A stretch of DNA of 64,000 nt. Source: an uncultured virus (IMG/VR IMGVR_UViG_3300027608_000027) (lineage: Duplodnaviria; Heunggongvirae; Uroviricota; Caudoviricetes). This document shows, in pieces, positions 19,101 through 28,100 of this stretch. The stretch lies in IMG/VR virus record IMGVR_UViG_3300027608_000027; one strand, given 5' to 3'. The position numbers and the translations under genes are program-made. The notes under the pieces are model-generated. The model made no database searches. It was not told where the DNA came from and was given only the letters and a program-made list of their open reading frames with translations. How positions within the stretch are numbered: the first letter of the stretch is position 1; the number at the start of each line of letters is the position of its first letter.

Positions 19101-22100
19101 TAGATATTATTCTAACTGAGCTTGCCAAAGATAAACCTAAAACAAGTCCATATTATCTATCAGATATGTTTGGATATTCTGGTTCTAAGAGATTAGAATA
19201 CACAGTGCTTGACGGCAGAATTAAAACATACCCATTAACTTCTGCGTTTAACCTTGCTTTATTATCAAATAAAGCAGTTGGCGTTTACCTCAACGGCAAT
19301 CAATTATTGCACGGCCGTGATTATACATTTGGAACAGATGTATTTTTTACTATCTTAGTTGAGCTAGTTGAAGATGATTTAATTGAAGTTTACGAATACG
19401 AAAGTACCGACGGCACCTTCTGCCCACCAACTCCGACTAAACTAGGTTTATATCCTCTGTTTGAACCTAAAATATATACTGACGACACTTACCTTGAACC
19501 TACTACAGTTATTCAGGGCCACGATGGTAGCATAACAATAGCCTATGATGACTACAGAGATGATCTAATCCTAGAATTAGAAATGAGAATTTTTAATAAT
19601 ATTAAAATTTCTTACAACTCTGATATTTTTAATATCTATGATTTTATTCCTGGGTATAGTAGAACAACTGAGTACTCTAAATTTGAAACTGATAATGTCC
19701 TGGGACAATTCTTTTTCCAATGGACAGCAAATGTTAACCAAGATTTTACACAACCAAATATTGATTTATGGTCTAGATTAAATCCGTTTACATTTAATTA
19801 TAGAGGTAATTTTGCTCCTAATGGCACTGATATTCCAGGATTCTGGCGCGGTGTATATCGCTGGATGTTAGATACAGATAGACCACATACCCATCCTTGG
19901 GAATGTTTAGGGTTTAGTATAGAACCAACATGGTGGCAAGATGTTTACGGAACAGTGCCCTATACTAGTGACAACTATGTATTGTGGGAAGACATTCGCC
20001 AGGGTATTATTAGACAACCTGGCGTTCCTATTCGAATTTTAGAAAAGTTTGCTAAACCTATTCTTTCTTCAGGCAAACCTGTTGACGAAGACGGCAATTT
20101 AATTAGTCCATTATATGCAAGTTATGCAAATGGTCCTATAAAAGAAACTGCAGAAGGCTCATGGGTATTTGGTGATCAAGCACCTGTAGAGACTGCATGG
20201 AGACGTAGTAGTTATTATCCATTTGCATTAATGCAAACAGCATTGTTGTTACATCCTAACAAAGTATTAGGTTCAACATTTGACAGAAGTAGAATTGTTA
20301 GAAATCTTAGCAATCAATTAATTTACAAAGATACAGGTAGAAGAATTAGACTTGAAGACCTTGCTGTTACCTCAACCGCGTTAAGCTCTACAAGAGTATA
20401 TACTGCTGGATTAGTGAATTATCTTGTAGATTATTTGACCAGTGATACTACTGCTTTATTAGATCAGTATGCTGATGATTTACAATCTCTTACTACAAAA
20501 ATTGCCGCAAAACTTGGCGGGTTTACATCGAAAGCTAAATTTAAATTAATTCTTGACAGTAAAAATCCCAGTAGTTCTGGAGGAGTTTTTATTCCGGAAG
20601 AGAATTATAATATTTTCTTAAACACTAGTTCCCCTACAAATCGATTAGCATACAGTGGCGTTGTTATTACAAAATATGCCGACGGTTATGAAATTAGAGG
20701 GTACATTAAAGATCAACCGTACTTTGTTTATTATCCCTATCAGCAAAATGAACGGGTTATAAATGTCGGCGGAATTTCTGAAAGTTTTATTAACTGGGAG
20801 TCTGACAAATATTATACTGCCGGAAAACTTGTTAGATATAACAATCAATATTTTAGAGTAAAGATCACTCATCAGTCAACTACTGAGTTTGATCCTGATT
20901 ATTTTACCCGATTGGCTGCACTACCTGTTACAGGAGGCCGAGAGGCAATTATTAGAAAGTCTTGGGATAAAAACACTAAGATTACAATTAGCTACGGAAC
21001 AAAATTTAAACAAATACAAGAAGTTGTAGATTTCTTGCAAGGCTATGGGGCATACTTACAAGAACAAGGATTTGTATTTGATGAATATAATCAAAATTTA
21101 AAAGCAGTTGACAGCTGGGAAACTTCAGTAAAAGAATTCTTATTTTGGTCCACACAAAACTGGGCAGTAGGGTCGGCATTAGCAGTAAGTCCTTCGGCTA
21201 GATACATGCTAGTCAAATCTGACACGGCGGTAGTTGATAATATTCAAAATAGTTTCTATGGCTATAAAGTTTATCGTGTTGACGGTGAAAAAATAGATCC
21301 AGAATTTACAAACACTTACAGAGAAGAAAACGAGTTCTCACTCTCTCCTCAAAACACAAATCACGGATTGTATGGAGCAGTATTACATACAGTTCAAAAG
21401 GAACATGTGTTAATACTTGACAATGTAACACAGTTTAATGATATAATTTATGATCAAGCTCCTGGATATAGACAAGAGCGAATTAAGATTCTAGGATATG
21501 TATCAGCTAATTGGAATGGTAGTTTTAACGTGCCTGGATTTATTTTTGATACTGCTAGAATAGCTGATTGGACTCAATGGTCAGATTATAATCTAGGTGA
21601 TATTGTAAAATATAAAGAATTCTATTATTCTGCAAAGTCATTCTTGCCTGGAGTAGCTGAGTTTGATAATTCCAGTTGGGTATTATTAGAAGAAAAACCA
21701 ACAGCACAGTTGTTACCTAACTGGGATTATCGTGCCGAGCAATTTACAGATTTTTATGATCTTGACAGCGATAATTTTGATTCTGAACAACAAAAAATGG
21801 CGCAACATTTGATTGGTTACCAGAAACGTCAGTATCTAGAAAATATTATTCAAGACGATCTTAGTCAGTATAAATTCTATCAAGGAATGATTTCTGAAAA
21901 AGGTACACAAAATGTTTTTAATAAATTATTTGATGTATTAAGTGCAGATGGCCAAGAAAGTTTAACATTTAACGAAGAGTGGGCAGTTCGTGTTGGTGCA
22001 TACGGTGCAACTGATTCTTACAAAGAAATAGAGTTTAAATTAGACGAAAGTTTGTTTAAATTAAATCCGCAACCAATAGAATTAACTTCAACTATTAATC

Positions 22101-25100
22101 CTTCAATAGTTGACTTTGTTTATAGACAAGTTCCTACAGATATTGTTGTTAAACCAGTAGGGTATAATAATGAACCTTGGCCAGTAGAAGGCACAGAACA
22201 ATATTTAAGAACGCCGGGGTATGTCAGATATGAAGATGTTAAATTAAATGTTGATTCTCTTGAAGATGTAATAGCATACGATATTTCCACGTTTGAAGAA
22301 GGTGATTATATTTGGTGCGCATTTGAAAATAAATTAAATTCTTTTAATGATTATTGGAATGTTTATAGATTTACTAAAAATACTTTTGGAATTGCCGATG
22401 TCGAATACGCTTCTGGCACACTAACCCTTCAATGCGATAGAACTCCGAATGTAGCAGCTGGAGACATTATTGGAATTGAAAATGCCACTGCTATTCAAGG
22501 TTTTTATACAGTAGCATCTATAGTAAACAAAAATATTATCATCAAGACAACTATTAAAGATTGGACATCCCCGTTTACTGATAGTTCTGAAATTTTAACA
22601 TACAAGTTTATTAGATCTAGAATTGATAATGCTAACAATATTAACGATTTATTACCACCAAAGATAAAAGCCGGCGAACTTATCTGGGCAGACAATAACG
22701 GTAACGGATTAAAAACTGTTTATGAAAATAATAAAGTCTATGGTCAAAAAAGTTTATCTAAGGCATCGCCGATTTTACCAAATGTAAATTTTGGTAAAAA
22801 AGTAGCAATGTCAGAAAATGGAAAAACTGCCGCTGTGGCCGATAATAATAAAGTAACAATCTTTGTTAAAAATTCCTTGGGCAACTGGCTAGAACAGGAT
22901 ATAATGACTGCTGACTTTGAATCGTCAGTAACTACTATTGCTAGATCTACTGCTAGTGGTACAAATATTATAACAGCCGACGACACTTATAGTTTTGAAT
23001 TAAACGATCCTGTAATGTTTTCGGGAGTAACTGTCGGTAGTATTATTAGTGGTAGAACATATTTTGTTAAGACGAAGCCCAGTAATGTTACATTTACAAT
23101 ATCTGAAACTCCGGGCGGCCCTACAGTTGCACTAACTTCTAATTCTATTAACATGAATGTTCATCTTAAATTAGAATACGGTGCAGAAATGTGTTTTAGT
23201 CCCGATGCTGAATGGTTGGCCATTGCTGCTCCTAGAGCAAGTAACGTTCGTTCGGCCTGGCGCGGCGACTACGATGGCGGCCACGAATACAACGCCGGAG
23301 ATGTTGTACAGCTTAGAACAAACTTTACAACTGAGCGTTCTTTAAATTCTCATTGGACAGCTAGAGGAAACATTCCTGTAGCAGACTGGAGTACTATAAA
23401 TTCTTTTAGTCAAGATTGGTCAGCAACTGATTTAATCACAGTTAATAAACAATTTGCAGACGCTGCTTACCTTACAACCGGTTATGAAAATCTTGGATAT
23501 GTTGATTTATATAGAAGAAGTTCGTCGACTGGATCGTACGATCTAGCTCATAGTTTCGTAAGCCCTAATCCAACACAGGGCGAACGCTTTGGTTCTAAAA
23601 TGGTAATGGCTCAGTCTGGCAGTGAGTATGTACTAGCAGTTACTAGTCCAGGAACAGATACAGAATCCGTTGATTCTACTGTAGTTCAAGGGCGTGTTTA
23701 CATGTATAGATACGGTACTGGCGCCGGCGACGATAGTTCTGTTAGATGGCAAATGGATTATGATAGAAATTATCAGGGAGCATTTGATTCTTCTAGAAGT
23801 TATCTGCAAGGTGATATTGTATTCTATGATTACAATTTATATGAGTGTGTTGGTAATACAGATTTTCAAAATCCTGCACCTGACCAATCAAGTCTTTGGT
23901 CCCCAGTAACAAAGTCAAATATTCTAGGATATTTCCCTCAAGAATCAAGTTTATTTGATGTTAACAATAACGATCTAACGTTGGCAGCATTAGAAGGACA
24001 GACAATTGAATCTGTTCAGCCTGGCGATAAGTTTGGCGCAGCAATTGACATGTCCAGTGACGGACAGACACTAATAATTTCTGCTCCAGGAGCTGACCAG
24101 GATACCTACGAAAATTATAAAGGACCGTTTAGAACATCATTGAAATATTTTGAAAATGATGTAGTTTATTACAACGGATACTACTATAAGTTTAATCAAA
24201 CAGCTAGTGCAGATCCTATTATTTCTTTTAATACTACACATTGGGATAAAGTGTCTACAGAAACTAGAAGTATAAATTCGGGTAAAGTCTTTATCTATAC
24301 TTACAACGGTGTTGGATACGAACTAACACAGACATTAACCAGCGACAACGTGGACATTGAAAGAGAAGACCAGTTTGGTGAATCTATTGCAGTGTCTGCA
24401 ACTGGTGGATACATTGCAGTAGGTACCTCATTATATGATTCTGACAAACGCGATGCAGGCCGAGTTATTATTTTTAAGAAAGGTACAACCTACACTAAGA
24501 ATCAACTACTATACAGTTATACTAAAGAAACTTTTGAAAGATTTGGTGCTTTTGTAGACTTCATGAATGACGATGAAACTCTAGTAGTATTCTCAGGTAA
24601 TGGTGATGTTGAACGTGTTACTACATTTGACCTGGGCAAATTAACTATTGATAATGATACGCTTAGAATTGCTGACTTACAAGTTGACACTGGCCGAGTT
24701 GATATTTTTGACAAATACAACGAAAATTATATCTACGGTGAAAGCCTTGACACTTCTGTAACAAATGATGACACTGATAGATATGGTGCATCTATTGCAG
24801 TAGGTAATAATAACATCTATGTTAGTTCCCAACGCGACGATGGATCAACATCTACATTTGTACAAAGAGAAGGTAAAGTTTATGCATACTATAAACTTGC
24901 TAATGCTACATCTTGGTCTGTACTACACCAAGAAGTTAAAAAACCAAATGTTCGTAAGATTAAAAAATCATATCTATACAACACAACTACTAGTAAGTTA
25001 ATTTCTTATCTTGATGTTGTTGATCCTATACAGGGAAAAATCCCCGGACCAGCAGATCAAGAAATTAGATTTAAAACATATTTTGACCCTGCTGTTTATT

Positions 25101-28100
25101 CAGTAGGAACTAGCGCGGTTAATGTTGACGTTGGTATGAACTGGACAAAATCGCAAGTTGGTATGTTATGGTGGGATTTAACTCGCGCCAAGTTCTTAGA
25201 CAATCAAATTGGGGAAACAATTTATAGGTCAACTACTTGGAATAGGTTGTATGAAACTGCCAGTATTGATATTTACGAGTGGGTTGAAAGCAAATTCTTA
25301 CCTGCCGACTGGGACATCTTATCAGGTACTGATAAAGGAACTGCTGCCGGTATTAGCGGAACATCAAAATATGGTAGTGCAGTATACAGTGTAAAAAAAC
25401 GATACGATAATGTATCGAAAACTTTTATAAACACTTATTACTATTGGGTTAAAAATCCTACAATTACTCCTAATGTTTTAGACAGAAAACTATCTGCATT
25501 TAATGTTTCAAATTTAATTGCAGACCCAACTGGACAAAATTATTCTTGTATAGCGTTAACTGGCGCCAACACATTTAGTTTAATCAATGCTACTAGTTTA
25601 ATTGAAGGTACTAGTTCAAATTTAAATATTCAATACTGGATTGTTGATGCTGATTACACACAACAAAATGCTCATAGTCAGTGGAAAATTATTAGTGAAA
25701 ATCTTAATACTGTTATTCCTAGAGAAATAGAAAAGAAATGGGTTGACAGTTTAGTGGGTAAAGATGCGTTTGATAGAGTTGTTCCTGACCCTAGTTTGCC
25801 TATTAAACAACAATATGGCATTTTGTTTAGACCTAGACAGAGCATGTTTGTTAATAGAACTGAAGCATTAAAACAATATATCGAACGTGTAAATTCTGTA
25901 CTAGCTACACGGTTAATTGCTGATGACTATGATACAAGCAATTTATTACTAGTAGATCCTTCACCTAGTCCTGTATTAGGATTATGGGATTCTTCAGTTG
26001 ATACAGAAGCTGAATTAAGATTTATAGGTACTGCTAATCTTAGAGCTGCAATCTTAGAACCTATTATCATTGATGGTAGAGTTTTTGGAGTTACAATTAT
26101 TGATTCTGGGTACGGATATATTAATGCACCATACTTACATATAACAGGGCAAGGAAAGAATGCTAATGTTAAGACAATTATTAACGCCACTGGACAAGTT
26201 ACAGGTATAGAAATTATCAATAAAGGTGAAGGTTACTTAGATAATACAATATTTGAAATTAGACCATTCTCAGCGTTGGTACTCAGCGACTCTACTACTT
26301 TTGACAAGTGGAGTATATATGAATGGAATTCGGCAACAGTAACATGGGAAAGAACTAGAAGTCAGGGGTACGATGTTACAAAATACTGGTCTTATCAAGA
26401 CTGGTATAGTGCCGGATACAATCAGTTTACTAAAATTGACCATGTTGTTGAAAACACCTATGAGTTAGCCACTCTCGATGTTGAAATTAATCAAATTGTT
26501 AAAGTTAACAATATAGGTACAGGCGGCTGGTTACTATTAGAAAAATACGCTAATATAGCAACAATTGATTATACTGAAAATTATAAAGTTATTGGTAGAC
26601 AAAATGGAACAATAAAGTTTTCCAGCAGCCTATACAATTTTAGTAATTCTATTATAGGATATGGTAGTGATTTGTACGACAGTACATATTATGATAATTT
26701 AGCTGTTAAAGAGCTAAGAATTATTATTGATACTATTAAAACTAAAATACTAGTTGACGATTTAAAAGTTGAATACTTAAAATTATTCTTTTCTAGTGTA
26801 AGGTATGCTCTGCAAGAACAAGCATTTGTTGATTGGGCATTTAAAACAAGTTTTGTTAAAGCTACACACAATGTTGGAGATTTAAAACAAAAAGTTACCT
26901 ACAATAGTGACAACCTTGAAAGTTTTGAAGACTATGTTAATGAAGTTAAACCTTATAGAACTCAAGTTAGAGAGTATATCAGCTCTTATTCAAAAGTAGA
27001 TCCTAATCCAAATAGTGTAACTGACTTTGATTTACCTCCATTAATTAATGAAAACTTTACAGTTGATCCGTTAACTGTTAAAATTTCTCCTACCGGAGCA
27101 ATTGAAAGCGGGTACGCTGTTTTACAACAGTATCCGTGGAAACATTGGTACGATCATGTTGGATTTAAAATTACCACTATTGAAATTGTTGACGGAGGCT
27201 CGGGATACATCGACAATCCGGTAGTTAGGATTAATGGTGGGTTTGGGACCGGCGCAGTTGCTAAGGCTTATATATCTAATGGTAAAGTTAACAGAATACA
27301 ATTGGTTAATTCTGGAACTGGTTTCTTAAAAGCTCCTGAAATTGTAATTGACGGTGGTCTTGCAGTCGACGGAGTTCAAGCTAGAGCTGTGGCTATTATT
27401 GAAAGTGAAGTTGTACGTGCTAATAAAATTAGTATTAAATTTGATAGAACTAGCAAAACTTATTTTGTATCTGAAATTACAGAAACAGAAACATTTGTAG
27501 GAACTGGTTCAAGACTACAATTTGCTTTAAAATTCAGCCCATTAACTAAGATTGGTACGTCGTCTGTTAAGTTATATCAAGTAGGATTAGATCCCGATAA
27601 TGCAACAGTTACGGGGGTTGATGTTCTTAGAGAAGATTATACATTAACTAGTAAAAAATCAACTGCAAAAGGTTACACAAGTTATTCAGGATTGTTAACT
27701 TTAGCTACTGCTCCTGCAGTAGGCGAAACAATTAGAATAACTTATACAAAAGATTTTAACCACCTATCTGCAACTGATAGAATTAAATTCTATTATAACC
27801 CAACAACTGGAATGTTAGGCAAAGACGCAGACGACTTCTATGCTCAACTAATGACAGGTGTTGACTACGGCGGAGTAAGCCTAACTGGATTAGGATTTAA
27901 CATTGGCGGTGGATGGGATACTCTTCCTTTCTTTACTGACAGTTGGGACGGATTTGATGCAGACTTTGACGACTACATTAAAGTTGTAGGATCAGACAGT
28001 GATGCACACTACGAGCACCAACTACCTTATACTCCTACTGCTGGAACAATTTTAAATGTTTATGTAAATGAACAACGAATTGATGATCCGTATTTTGATC